From Candidatus Omnitrophota bacterium (GTDB lineage: Bacteria; Omnitrophota; Gorgyraeia; JABMRN01; RBG-13-46-9), in the NCBI GenBank assembly GCA_013203315.1, contig JABMQJ010000020.1, positions 64,001 to 128,000 of the forward strand: a stretch of 64,000 nt of DNA, given 5' to 3'. Position 1 is the stretch's first letter, and each line of letters starts with the position of its first letter. Of this stretch, positions 1-9,698 are shown in pieces. The notes under the pieces are model-generated. The model was not told the origin of the DNA, ran no database searches, and saw only the letters and a list, made by a program, of their open reading frames with translations. The position numbers and the translations under genes were made by a program.

Positions 1-3000
1 CCAAAGTTACGAGCCTCGGGTGCCTGAAACCAGCCCCATGCTTAAGTTCTTCTTTTAGTTGTTCAACTGTATAATTTCGGTAATCACGGTAATCAAAGCC
101 CATTAAGAAAGTCCTATATTCTCCACTGAGTCCCTCTACATTGCGCACGGCCCTGGTAAGGTCTCCCTTGTCCATTCCTTCGGTAATAGGAATATTATCG
201 ATGATGAATGCATCTCTGGTTAGATATTTACCGCCTATGACATAACCGTCTTCATCGCGTAATACAATCACCTCTCCGTCTCCTCTTCCTGTTATCCAGT
301 CCATAAACCAGTGACTGTTCTCATGTATACGAACTATTCTCTCTGCTAAGCGGTTACTTATGCGGTGGCTTATGAAGCGCAGCATGGCATTGGGTAGGGT
401 GTGGACAGCGGCGGGGGAAGGCTTATCGGATCCGCCAAGAAGTTCTTTAATACTTTCGGGGATTTCTATTTCAATATCTGGTTTTTGAATGTCGTTCGGG
501 ATTTTAGGCTTACCGTAGAACCTAACCTCTTCAGCGTCAGACCTCTGGGCTACACCTAGACATTGGCCGAGGTTATCATATAGATAGCCTTTTCTTATTT
601 CTAATGTACTGCCTATTGAAGGTACGCTAGAATCTGTATCTGTGACCCTATATTTATTTCTTGAGTCTTTTATGTATTCAAGTGTGCACTGTCCGGTTAT
701 GTTCTTAGAATCATCTAAGATTGCCACTGTTCCACAAATGTCTTTGTCATATATACCAACATTATCAGATTCTTGCGTACTATGTGACTTGCCGTCTATT
801 TCTACATTATCAGCAAAATATTTTCTAAAAACATGCAATTCGAACAACCTAGGAGTTGACTTGGTAATTTCGTCTATATTAAGTGCGACACCAAGCGTAG
901 AGAGCCAGTACAAGCATGTTTGGCTAATACCTTTATTTTGATGCGCCTCCCAGACAGGCGAACCAAATGGTCCAATAGGATAATATTGACGTAGTTCTAT
1001 CTTCTTAGCGCGGGAATTGTCCAATCCAATCTTAAAGCTGAACCGGCCTACAGGCTGTGCTTCACCCCTAATCGACACAGAGGCCCACACAAGCGCATGT
1101 GGATCGTCTCCAATTTTGCAGTCAACATCATAATCAATTATTACATCCGGGCCGCCCATGATATTTGGTATAACTTGCGTATGCGATTCATGCTGTAGCC
1201 CCCCTCTATCTATCGAAGCTGACTTATACTCTGCTAGCGCAACTTCTACTGCTTCTAGTTTGTCCTGCGCTTCCGCTAAGTTAATAGGCGTGAGTTCGTG
1301 CCCGGGGTCGGCAATTTCGGGTTCGGCTTTTACATATTCGTTATCACTGTCTCGCATAAAGCGTTCCCTTCTTACGAGGCGGCCGGTTTCGTCTTTAAAC
1401 TCCAGCACAAAGTCTTTACCCGCATCGGTTGTGCGTCTTAGGATTACAGCAAGCCTACTTATGTCGGGTTCGTTTGCGGATACGCCCATTTCACTGAACA
1501 TGCTCTGTATGGCGAGGGCGCGTGTGGATATAGCATCTCTTATGATCTCTTCTTCCTTTATGAGGCCGCCGCTTAAGAGCTTAAAGTATGGACGGTTCTT
1601 GCGTTTCTTAAATTTAGGCAGGATGCCTATGTAAGAGTAGCCTTTTTTCGCGAGGAGTTTTTCCAAGTTCTTTCCGTGGAAACCGCCTGTTACTATAATT
1701 GCGGCCTGCGGTCGCGGTGGCGTCTGGCGAATCGTTGGACGTTTTGTGTCGGGCGGTTTTTTAAATGCTAATTCGATATTCTTTAGGAACGCATGGTCGC
1801 GTTTGAAGGCAATTTTATAGAATTTCTCGGTCTTTTCCCTGTACGAGTCAAGGCGCTTAATGTCGTCGGGTAAGTTGGCGTTTATTTTATACTTAGGCGA
1901 TTCGCGCGTTATAAAGGATGAAAAATGTTTCGTATTTAGAGAGCTTTTGTTTTTAACGTAATAGTCGTAGTCACCTCTTGTGATGGAAGCCTTAAATAGG
2001 TCTTTTAAGATTGAGAGGCCTTTTGAAAGTGCGTAGAGTTCTTTTTGTGTGTCGTTACCGAAGAGGCTCTCGGCGATTTCCGCTTCGAGTGTCTCGATTT
2101 CGTCAAATAAGGCTTGCTTATCCAGAGATTTAAATTTATCAACATACTTTTTATACTTGAAAAGTTCGGGGCATTTTTCACTCACATTGATATATGCGGG
2201 CTTTGCCTTTTTAAATAGATACGCGTAAAACTCGGCTGAATCAATGTTACCCTGTTTGAACGCGAGAGACTTCCTGACAAGAGTTTCTATTTCAGTTTTC
2301 GATAGCCTTTTAGACAAACTGTCTATAAGATTATTTCTTTCGGAATTGGTAGTTTTTAAATCTATATCTTTTTCAAGTGTCGCAAGTTGGATAAAGTTAG
2401 AAAAGTTTTCGTATTTTGTTATATCAATCCCGGATTTTTGAGCAGTTTCCGCAAGAGACGCGAGATATTTATGCAACTCCGATTTCCCACCTGTGAAGGC
2501 GCGCTTTTCGTTCTCGAACTCTTTGAGACTGCTTGAGTAGATATCACGCTTTAGATTATTTAAATAATGTTCAAGCGTTTTTAATATCTCTTCGCGGTGG
2601 GTTTTATATTGCAGGCTTTCTCTGTAGGCGCTAAGGTCAGCGAAGTATAGCTTCGGATCTTCAAGGCCCTTCAAGGTTATTTTTTCAGGGTTCATTATGC
2701 CGAATAATTCAGCGCCGGTTACCCTTCCTTCTTTTACGAAATAATCGGCTAGTTTTCCCCTCGAGGTTTTATCCTTGATATCCGTAAAGACAGAGAGGTC
2801 ATAGTTTCCGGCGCCACCTTCCAGAAACGCTAAGTCCACGTCGTATTCGGTGTTTAAATAATTTATTATCGACTCTATGGATTTCTGGCAACCGTAATCG
2901 CAGTGTGAGTCCTGGATGTGGATAATAGTGCGGTTTGTAGTGGCAGTAACGCCAGGTGAACTGGAAGCGTTCACATGACCTAAGGAAGGCGGGAGGGTGA

Positions 3001-3205
3001 AGGTTTCAGGGTTTAGGGTGCCCGGGCCACCGGTCCTGTTAGAGCTGACGCGAGTAAGCTCTAAAGGCTTTTTGGCGGCCCAGGCAAAGTCTAACGGAAG
3101 TGATGTAATAAAAAAGGCAATCGCTGTAATTAAAGCGACTGCCCTAATTGGTCCTTTATGTCGTAATAGATTATTATTATGTCGTTTTTGTCTCGCGTCT
3201 TCCAT
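1..3205 (-). CDS. Very large secreted multidomain protein, N-terminal >=1068 aa only (runs off the window)
   Basis: Manual translation from ATG at 3205 found no stop in the segments read (about 3205-2600 and 1810-1), which are in one frame. Signal-like start MEDARQK..IRAVALITAIAFFITSLPLDFAWA, then IIHIQDSHCDYGCQ..FLEGG..ADYFVKEGRVTGAE..KRDHAFLKNI..AAIIVTGGFH, a GNAT-like HQNKGIS and HENSH. Missing from the ORF track, consistent with no in-window stop. Confidence 0.85.
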   Translation of the reverse strand, partial: MEDARQKRHNNNLLRHKGPIRAVALITAIAFFITSLPLDFAWAAKKPLELTRVSSNRTGGPGTLNPETFTLPPSLGHVNASSSPGVTATTNRTIIHIQDSHCDYGCQKSIESIINYLNTEYDVDLAFLEGGAGNYDLSVFTDIKDKTSRGKLADYFVKEGRVTGAELFGIMNPEKITLKGLEDPKLYFADLSAYRESLQYKTHREEILKTLEHYLNNLKRDIYSSSLKEFENEKRAFTGGKSELHKYLASLAETAQKSGIDITKYENFSNFIQLATLEKDIDLKTTNSERNNLIDSLSKRLSKTEIETLVRKSLAFKQGNIDSAEFYAYLFKKAKPAYINVSEKCPELFKYKKYVDKFKSLDKQALFDEIETLEAEIAESLFGNDTQKELYALSKGLSILKDLFKASITRGDYDYYVKNKSSLNTKHFSSFITRESPKYKINANLPDDIKRLDSYREKTEKFYKIAFKRDHAFLKNIELAFKKPPDTKRPTIRQTPPRPQAAIIVTGGFHGKNLEKLLAKKGYSYIGILPKFKKRKNRPYFKLLSGGLIKEEEIIRDAISTRALAIQSMFSEMGVSANEPDISRLAVILRRTTDAGKDFVLEFKDETGRLVRRERFMRDSDNEYVKAEPEIADPGHELTPINLAEAQDKLEAVEVALAEYKSASIDRGGLQHESHTQVIPNIMGGPDVIIDYDVDCKIGDDPHALVWASVSIRGEAQPVGRFSFKIGLDNSRAKKIELRQYYPIGPFGSPVWEAHQNKGISQTCLYWLSTLGVALNIDEITKSTPRLFELHVFRKYFADNVEIDGKSHSTQESDNVGIYDKDICGTVAILDDSKNITGQCTLEYIKDSRNKYRVTDTDSSVPSIGSTLEIRKGYLYDNLGQCLGVAQRSDAEEVRFYGKPKIPNDIQKPDIEIEIPESIKELLGGSDKPSPAAVHTLPNAMLRFISHRISNRLAERIVRIHENSHWFMDWITGRGDGEVIVLRDEDGYVIGGKYLTRDAFIIDNIPITEGMDKGDLTRAVRNVEGLSGEYRTFLMGFDYRDYRNYTVEQLKEELKHGAGFRHPRLVTL

Positions 3206-3256
3206 TTTGTCTCGCGTCTTTCGGTTTAAGTTATTAAACCTTTAAACAAACTGGTG

Positions 3257-3281
3257 AAAAAAAATACCGGCTAACGCCGGT
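3257..3281 (-). terminator. Intrinsic terminator-like hairpin, copy A
   Basis: Minus strand ACCGGC-GTTA-GCCGGT followed by A and 8 T. Confidence 0.7.
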
Positions 3282-3295
3282 TATACCCCTCCGGT

Positions 3296-3320
3296 AAAAA
3301 AATACTGGCTAACGCCAGTA
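3296..3320 (-). terminator. Intrinsic terminator-like hairpin, copy B
   Basis: Minus strand TACTGGC-GTTA-GCCAGTA followed by 7 T; same loop as copy A with a compensatory pair change. Confidence 0.7.
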
Positions 3321-3367
3321 ACCCCTCGCGTCTAATACTATTAACACGTAATAATGTATATTATTTC

Positions 3368-3376
3368 AGTATAACA
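3368..3376 (-). promoter_or_regulatory. Candidate extended -10 promoter for the giant gene
   Basis: Minus strand TG-T-TATACT just after the RND stop codon; no good -35. Confidence 0.4.
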
Positions 3377-3377
3377 G

Positions 3378-6300
3378 CTATCTTTTTGATAACTTAACGA
3401 GAAGGGTGGGGACTACCTCTTTTATGCGTTCAAAGGTCGTGTAGATGGCCGGAACAAGGAGCAGGGTTAGCGGTGTAGCGACAAGCAGGCCCCCGATTAC
3501 GGTTATTGCAAGCGGGTTCCAGAGGTTTGCGCCTTCGGATTTATCCAGGGCCATGGGTAAAAGCCCCATCACGGTTGTCGCGGTTGTCATGACTACGGGC
3601 CTTAGCCTGTCGTGCGCTGCCTGGATTACTACGTGGAATAAGCTTTTATTTTTCTTTCTTAAGAAATTTATGTGGTCAACTAGAATGATACCGTTATTGA
3701 CAACGATACCCGCAAGCATCATCATGCCTATGAGAGCGCCCATGCCGATAGCGGTTTTTGTAACATAAAGAGCCAGGATCGCCCCTATAGAGGCAAGAAG
3801 CACTGTCCCCATAATGATAAGCGGCTGATAGTAGGACTCAAAAAGCGAGGCCAGGACTATAAAAATTAAGGCTAAAATTACCCAAATAATAAGGCCGAAT
3901 TCTTTCTGGGTCTTAACCATGGAAGGGTAATTGCCCCCAAGTCTATAAAAGTAATTTTCGGGAAATTTCATGTCTTCAAGGGCCTCTTTTATTTTCTCGG
4001 CGGCCTTGCTTAAGGGTATCTCCCCGATATTGGTGCTAACCTGAATCATACGCGAGCGGTCCTTCCGCCATATTTCACTCGGGCCCAGGCCGTATTCGAA
4101 ATCCGCTATCTGGTCCAGAAACACTTTCTTGCCGTCTTCTGTAACCATTACAAGTTTGTGTACGTCCTTAAACGTTTTTCTATACCGCTCTTCGAGTCTG
4201 CCGATCATCTCGACTTCTTTCGATTCCGTGTGGAAAAGCGTGGCCCGAAGCCCCCGCATCTGGGCGTGAACTATCGTGGATATGTCGCTAACAGACATGT
4301 CGTATTGCGCCGCTTTATTTTTATCGACTTTCAAACCGAGTTCCGGCCTTCCTTCCCTCATGCGTATTTTTGTGTCCGTAAATCTCGGGATCGAGCCAAG
4401 CTTCGTAGCAATTGAGATAGCGAGTTCGCGCAATATGTCATAGTCATATCCGAAAAGGTCCAGAATAATTTCTTTGGTACCGACTTCTTGTTCTTCTTCA
4501 AAATATATAAAAGCGGGTTTGATCTTCGCGACCTTGGGCCTTAAGTCGTCTATGATTTCCGTAATGGCTTTTTTTCGCTGGTCCAGGGGTAGGAGTTCGA
4601 CATAAACTTTGCTGGACCACGGTTCGACTCTCGCGTTAAAGAGCTTTATTTCCGGTATGTCTTTTAATAAATTTTCCACTTTTTTTACGGTCTCGTTGCT
4701 TATATCAAGCTTGGTTCCCGTCGGTAATTCAACGAAAATCGTAAATTTATTCTGCTCCGTGGTACCTATAAATTCTTTTCCCATGCGCGTCGCCAAAAAC
4801 AAACACGCGATGAAGGCTGCAATTACTATGGCAAATACTATAAATCGCTTTTTGAGAATAAATATGAGCGCTTTCTTTTGCAGGTTATATAATGGGCCGA
4901 GCAAGTCCGTTGTACTTTTTGTTATTTTTATCCGCGAGGATAATAGAGGAACTATTGTAAGCGCCACGAAAAAAGAAATTCCTAGTGAAAATATAACGGT
5001 CCAGGCCACGCCCCTGTAAAGTAGCCCCATTTCTTTACCGGCAAATAATATCGGGAAAAATACTATTATGGTGGTGAGGGTGGAGGCCCAGATTACAAGA
5101 AACATTTCATATGCGCCGTCGATTGCGGCTTGTACCTGTTTTTTTCCTTGTTCGATTTTAGTCAGTATATGTTCAAAGACCACTATGGAGTTATCGACAA
5201 GCATCCCTACCCCGAGGGCCAGTCCTGACATGGTGATAAAATTTATGCTTAGCTTGTATAGCTCCATCAATCCGAACGTAATTATTATCGAGATGGGAAT
5301 GGAAGCAGCGACAATCATTATGGGGCGCAGCTCTTGCCTTATCAAGAAAATTACGACAGAGACCAGTAGCATAACATATAATGCCTTTATCGGCATAAAC
5401 ATTACCCCAATAATGGCAATGGCAATAAATATAGAATATTTCTTTTTAATTCTGCCAAGGAAAAAAGCCAAAATGAACATTATGAGAACAGCGCCTTTAA
5501 GAAGTGAGTTTTTTAAATTATCTATGGATTTTTTTATAAAATCGGCCTGGTTGCTCGTGACGATAATTTTTATGTCATCCGGCATGATCTCTCTTATTCT
5601 CTCCACCTCTTTCATGAGGCCTTCTACGATCTGGATGGTGTTACCGGTGGATTCTTTCTGAATGTAAAGCGAAACCACGGGCCTTATATTTATTCTTGCG
5701 TAACCCTTTGGCTCCAAATGCGAATCCCTGACCTCCGCCACATCCCCTAATCTTACTATGGAGCCATCGGGTGTAGTGGAAACGCCTATTTTTTTAATGT
5801 CCTCTATGGATTCGAATTCACCTATGGTTCTTATCAGGTATTTATTCTTTTCTTGTTTTATCTCGCCCGATAATAAATTCAGATTATTGGTGCCGAGCAT
5901 ACTTATTATCCTCTGTATGGGTAATGAGTATTTCGCGAGGGCCCGCTGGTCAACCTCTACCAGTATTTTCCTTTCCCGTCCGCCGCCTACCTCGACATTC
6001 GCGACGCCCGATATCCTTTTTACGCGCTCCTTGACTACTTCGTCTACAATCTTGCGTATCCCCTCGGTAGTTCGCCTTAAAGACGTTACAGCGAGAATTA
6101 GTATCGGAACATCCGAACGTTTAAATTGCGCTATTACGGGTTTCTCGGCCGATTCCGGAAGTTTATTTTTGACTCGCGCGAATTTTTCTCTCACATCAAG
6201 CGCCACAAAGTCCATGTTTATGCCGGGTTCGAAACTCAAAACGATAGTAGCTTCTCCTTCTTTGGAAATGGAAAGCATTTCTTCCAGGTGGCTTACAGTA

Positions 6301-6518
6301 CTTACGGCTTCCTCTATGGGCTTGGTAACCATTGATTCTACTTCCGTAGGCGGAATACCCCCTCTTATCTGGACAATAATACTGATCTCGCCGAAAGATA
6401 TGTTGGGATGGAGTTCAACTGGGAGCCTGGTGAGTGATATGAGCCCTATCAGGATAAGGGCGATAAAACACATTGCCGTCGCAACGGGCCTTTTTATGGC
6501 AAGTTCGGGTAAGTTCAT
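3378..6518 (-). CDS. RND efflux permease (AcrB/AcrD/AcrF family), subunit 2
   Basis: 1046 aa; N-term IKRPVAT, GMLVDNSIVV, GIVVNNGIILVD, RLRPVVMT, PLAITVIGG. Confidence 0.95.
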   Translation of the reverse strand: MNLPELAIKRPVATAMCFIALILIGLISLTRLPVELHPNISFGEISIIVQIRGGIPPTEVESMVTKPIEEAVSTVSHLEEMLSISKEGEATIVLSFEPGINMDFVALDVREKFARVKNKLPESAEKPVIAQFKRSDVPILILAVTSLRRTTEGIRKIVDEVVKERVKRISGVANVEVGGGRERKILVEVDQRALAKYSLPIQRIISMLGTNNLNLLSGEIKQEKNKYLIRTIGEFESIEDIKKIGVSTTPDGSIVRLGDVAEVRDSHLEPKGYARINIRPVVSLYIQKESTGNTIQIVEGLMKEVERIREIMPDDIKIIVTSNQADFIKKSIDNLKNSLLKGAVLIMFILAFFLGRIKKKYSIFIAIAIIGVMFMPIKALYVMLLVSVVIFLIRQELRPIMIVAASIPISIIITFGLMELYKLSINFITMSGLALGVGMLVDNSIVVFEHILTKIEQGKKQVQAAIDGAYEMFLVIWASTLTTIIVFFPILFAGKEMGLLYRGVAWTVIFSLGISFFVALTIVPLLSSRIKITKSTTDLLGPLYNLQKKALIFILKKRFIVFAIVIAAFIACLFLATRMGKEFIGTTEQNKFTIFVELPTGTKLDISNETVKKVENLLKDIPEIKLFNARVEPWSSKVYVELLPLDQRKKAITEIIDDLRPKVAKIKPAFIYFEEEQEVGTKEIILDLFGYDYDILRELAISIATKLGSIPRFTDTKIRMREGRPELGLKVDKNKAAQYDMSVSDISTIVHAQMRGLRATLFHTESKEVEMIGRLEERYRKTFKDVHKLVMVTEDGKKVFLDQIADFEYGLGPSEIWRKDRSRMIQVSTNIGEIPLSKAAEKIKEALEDMKFPENYFYRLGGNYPSMVKTQKEFGLIIWVILALIFIVLASLFESYYQPLIIMGTVLLASIGAILALYVTKTAIGMGALIGMMMLAGIVVNNGIILVDHINFLRKKNKSLFHVVIQAAHDRLRPVVMTTATTVMGLLPMALDKSEGANLWNPLAITVIGGLLVATPLTLLLVPAIYTTFERIKEVVPTLLVKLSKR

Positions 6519-6536
6519 AGCGTTATGGTGTCAAAT

Positions 6537-9500
6537 TTATTTCTTAAACAGTTTCGTAGTCACTTCGTGCGATAACAGATAAATTGCAGGAACAACCAGC
6601 AAGGTAAGAAAAGTAGAAACAAATAAACCGCCGATAACGCTTATGGCTAACGGGCTTCGCAGTTCTGATCCTTCGCCTATCGCCAGTGCCATCGGCACAA
6701 GCCCAAGTATCGTTGTCATTGCAGTCATGAGAATCGGGCGCAGGCGCGCCTTGCTCGCCTCAACCACAGAATCGTATACGGATTTGCCTTGTGCGCGCAG
6801 TAAGTTCACATAATCGATGAGCACTATGCCGTTATTCACAACTATACCGCCCAGCATTATAACACCCAGAAATGCCACGACGTTTACCGAGGTCCCGGTT
6901 ATAAAAAGCGCCAGCACTACGCCTATTATGGAAAGAGGCACTGTGACCATAATGATAAACGGCTGAAAAAAGCTTTCAAATTGCGCGGCCATTATCATGT
7001 AGACTAAGATAATCGAAAAAACAAGCGCGAAAATAAGGCTATTAAATGATTCGTTCATTTCTTCCGATTCACCGGCAAGCTTTACCGTAAAATCTTCCGG
7101 TATGTCGAGCTTGTTGATGGCTTTCGTAATGTCGCTTATTACGTCTTTTAAGGGTCTTTTGAAAATATTGGCCAGAATTAAAATGGTTCTCTCCTGGTCA
7201 AGCCTTTTTATTTCGCTAGGTCCCTTGCCCTTTCCGAATTTGGCTACGGTAAAAAGCGGCACGACATGCCCGTCCGGAGAATGAACCTGCAACCTGGATA
7301 ATTTGTTAAAATCATCTCTGTCTTTTTCTCTCAGTCTCACTCTTATATCGATCTCCTGGCCTTTCTCTTTCAGCTGGCTGGCAATGTAACCCTTAAGCCC
7401 GATCTGAGCGGTCTGGGCTATGTCAAATACGGAAAGGTTATATAAACTCGCTTTGTCTTTATTTATGAAAACTTTTGCTTCCGGGGAAGGTTCCGGCATA
7501 TCGGTTTTAACGCCGTATACTCCTTTTATTTTTTCGACTTTTTTCATCAATTTTTCTGTGATTTTCGTAAGGATCGGCATGTTTTGCCCTTTTATTTCAA
7601 TAATTATGGGTGTGGATTCTTCGACTGCAGCGCTAAAAATGCTTTCCTGCAGTATAAAGTCAACGTTGGCATCTTCTATGCCGATTACTTCCAGATGGCT
7701 TTTTATGTTCTGGACTGCTTCTTGAGTTTTGATTTTTCTCTTTTTCTTAAGAGTTAGCCTGATCTCTGCCTGATGTGAGCCCAATCTCTGAAGAACGTCT
7801 TTGGCTTCTTTGCCCTTGGTGGAACCGACAATGCTGTTAATATCTTCCACATAAGGAAGGCCCAAAAGATAGTCTTCTATTCTTCTGGCAACCCTGTCTG
7901 TTACTTCGAGCCTTGTTCCGCTCGGAAGATCAACTTTTACCGTGAATTGTCCCTGGTCTACTTTTGGCATGAGCTCTTTGTCCAGCGGAATAAAGAGGAA
8001 GAGACTTCCCAGAAATATCAAGAGCACAACAAAAAGGCCTATTTTTTTAACGCGTAAAAAGTTCGAAAGCATATTCCCATAAAAACTAAGGAGGGCAAAG
8101 TCCTTCTGGGTAGATACTTCGGAGCTCTTTCTTTCTGTGTTCCGATCTTTCCTGCTGACCAAAAGCGGTATGAGCGTAAGGGCCACGAAAAGACTCGCCA
8201 CAAGGGAAAATATTACGGTAAAGGCGAGTTGTTTAAAAATTTGGCCTGCGATGCCTACTACAAACACCATCGGGAAAAAGACAACTACGGTGGTAAGGGT
8301 TGAGGCGGTTATCGCGTTTGAGACTTCGTTCGCGCCTGTTATCGAAGCGGCTTTGTCGTCCTCGCCTAGTTCCTTGTGTCGAGTTATGTTTTCCAAAACT
8401 ACTATGGCGCTATCGACAAGCATTCCTACCCCGAGGGCCAGCCCGCCAAGGCTCATCATATTTATAGAGAGCTTGCCCCAATACATGAGTGTAAAAATCG
8501 CTATTATAGAAATCGGGATACTAAAGGTTACTATTATCGAGCTTCTTACATTTCTTAAAAATAAAAGTAGCACTAAAAATGCGAGAATACCGCCCTGGAA
8601 AGCGGCATCCCTTACGCCATTTATGGCGTCTTTTATGAATTTAGATTGATCGGAAACTATTTGTATTTTTATATCATCCGGGGCCTCTGCCCGTATAAAG
8701 TCAAGCGCTTCTTTTACACGGTTTACAACTTGAAGAGTGTTTACCTGGGCCTGTTTTTGTATAGATACCGATATGTTCTCTTCACCTTTATAGCGGGAAA
8801 AGCTGGTTCTTTCCTTAACTGTATCGGTTACGGTCCCGACATCTTTTAGTAAAACTATTTTTTTGGTTTTTGAGATTTTTGATTTCTTTTCTTCGTCCTC
8901 TCCGCGCCCCTCGGGCTCGTCTTTCTCGACCTTTACCGCTATTTCCTGTATCTCGTTTACGTGCTCAAATTCACCAATGGTTCTTATGAGGTACTCATAA
9001 AAACTTTCCTTGATGGTACCCGCGGGGTAATTTAAATTCGCGTCTGCGATAGATCTGGCTACGTTCATAAGCGGCACGTTATGAGCCCGTAGCCTGCCCT
9101 GGTCCACTTCTACTATTATTTCCCTTTCGAGACCTCCTGTAATGGTAGCAGAGGCGACACCTTCGATCTTTTCAAGTTCGTCTTTTATTATTCTTCTCGA
9201 TATCTCCCTTATTGCCTGGGGAGACCTGTCTCCGATAACGCTAAGAACCATTATGGGCATTTCGAAGGGGTTGTATTTCATTACAAGGGGTTCTTCTGAT
9301 TCGCGGGGCAGGCGCTCTTTTATTAAATCTATCTTCTCTCTCATCCTGAGCGCGGCAAAGTCCATATTCTGTGACCACCCGAATTCTGCCATGACAAGCG
9401 AGAGGCCCTCTTTGGAAATGCTTTTTACTCTTCGGAGGCCACTTACCGTGCCTATGGCTTCTTCTACGGGTTTCGTGATAAGCGTTTCTATTTCTTCGGG

Positions 9501-9665
9501 CGCGGCGTTTTCATAAGTCGTGACAACTGTTAATTGTGGATATGTTATGGGAGGAAACAGTTCCTGCGGCAACCTGCTAAGAGAAATAAACCCAAAAAGA
9601 AGAATGCCCGCGAATATCATTACAGTTGTAACGGGCCTTCTTATAGAAAATTCGGGTAGGCTCAT
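6537..9665 (-). CDS. RND efflux permease (AcrB/AcrD/AcrF family), subunit 1
   Basis: 1042 aa; IRRPVTT, GMLVDSAIVVLE, GIVVNNGIVLID, RLRPILMT, PLAISVIGG. Confidence 0.95.
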   Translation of the reverse strand: MSLPEFSIRRPVTTVMIFAGILLFGFISLSRLPQELFPPITYPQLTVVTTYENAAPEEIETLITKPVEEAIGTVSGLRRVKSISKEGLSLVMAEFGWSQNMDFAALRMREKIDLIKERLPRESEEPLVMKYNPFEMPIMVLSVIGDRSPQAIREISRRIIKDELEKIEGVASATITGGLEREIIVEVDQGRLRAHNVPLMNVARSIADANLNYPAGTIKESFYEYLIRTIGEFEHVNEIQEIAVKVEKDEPEGRGEDEEKKSKISKTKKIVLLKDVGTVTDTVKERTSFSRYKGEENISVSIQKQAQVNTLQVVNRVKEALDFIRAEAPDDIKIQIVSDQSKFIKDAINGVRDAAFQGGILAFLVLLLFLRNVRSSIIVTFSIPISIIAIFTLMYWGKLSINMMSLGGLALGVGMLVDSAIVVLENITRHKELGEDDKAASITGANEVSNAITASTLTTVVVFFPMVFVVGIAGQIFKQLAFTVIFSLVASLFVALTLIPLLVSRKDRNTERKSSEVSTQKDFALLSFYGNMLSNFLRVKKIGLFVVLLIFLGSLFLFIPLDKELMPKVDQGQFTVKVDLPSGTRLEVTDRVARRIEDYLLGLPYVEDINSIVGSTKGKEAKDVLQRLGSHQAEIRLTLKKKRKIKTQEAVQNIKSHLEVIGIEDANVDFILQESIFSAAVEESTPIIIEIKGQNMPILTKITEKLMKKVEKIKGVYGVKTDMPEPSPEAKVFINKDKASLYNLSVFDIAQTAQIGLKGYIASQLKEKGQEIDIRVRLREKDRDDFNKLSRLQVHSPDGHVVPLFTVAKFGKGKGPSEIKRLDQERTILILANIFKRPLKDVISDITKAINKLDIPEDFTVKLAGESEEMNESFNSLIFALVFSIILVYMIMAAQFESFFQPFIIMVTVPLSIIGVVLALFITGTSVNVVAFLGVIMLGGIVVNNGIVLIDYVNLLRAQGKSVYDSVVEASKARLRPILMTAMTTILGLVPMALAIGEGSELRSPLAISVIGGLFVSTFLTLLVVPAIYLLSHEVTTKLFKK

Positions 9666-9698
9666 AAATTAATCCTTATAATGGGGATGGCTATCCTA

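Noticed and set aside
642-3245. Plus-strand ORFs of 65-158 aa in the ORF track
   Set aside because: Antisense shadows of the long minus-strand ORF; no recognisable motifs
3257-3328. Two palindromic repeats as a possible mini-CRISPR
   Set aside because: Only two units, no spacer-length unique sequence, poly-U tails and no cas genes; a terminator interpretation fits better
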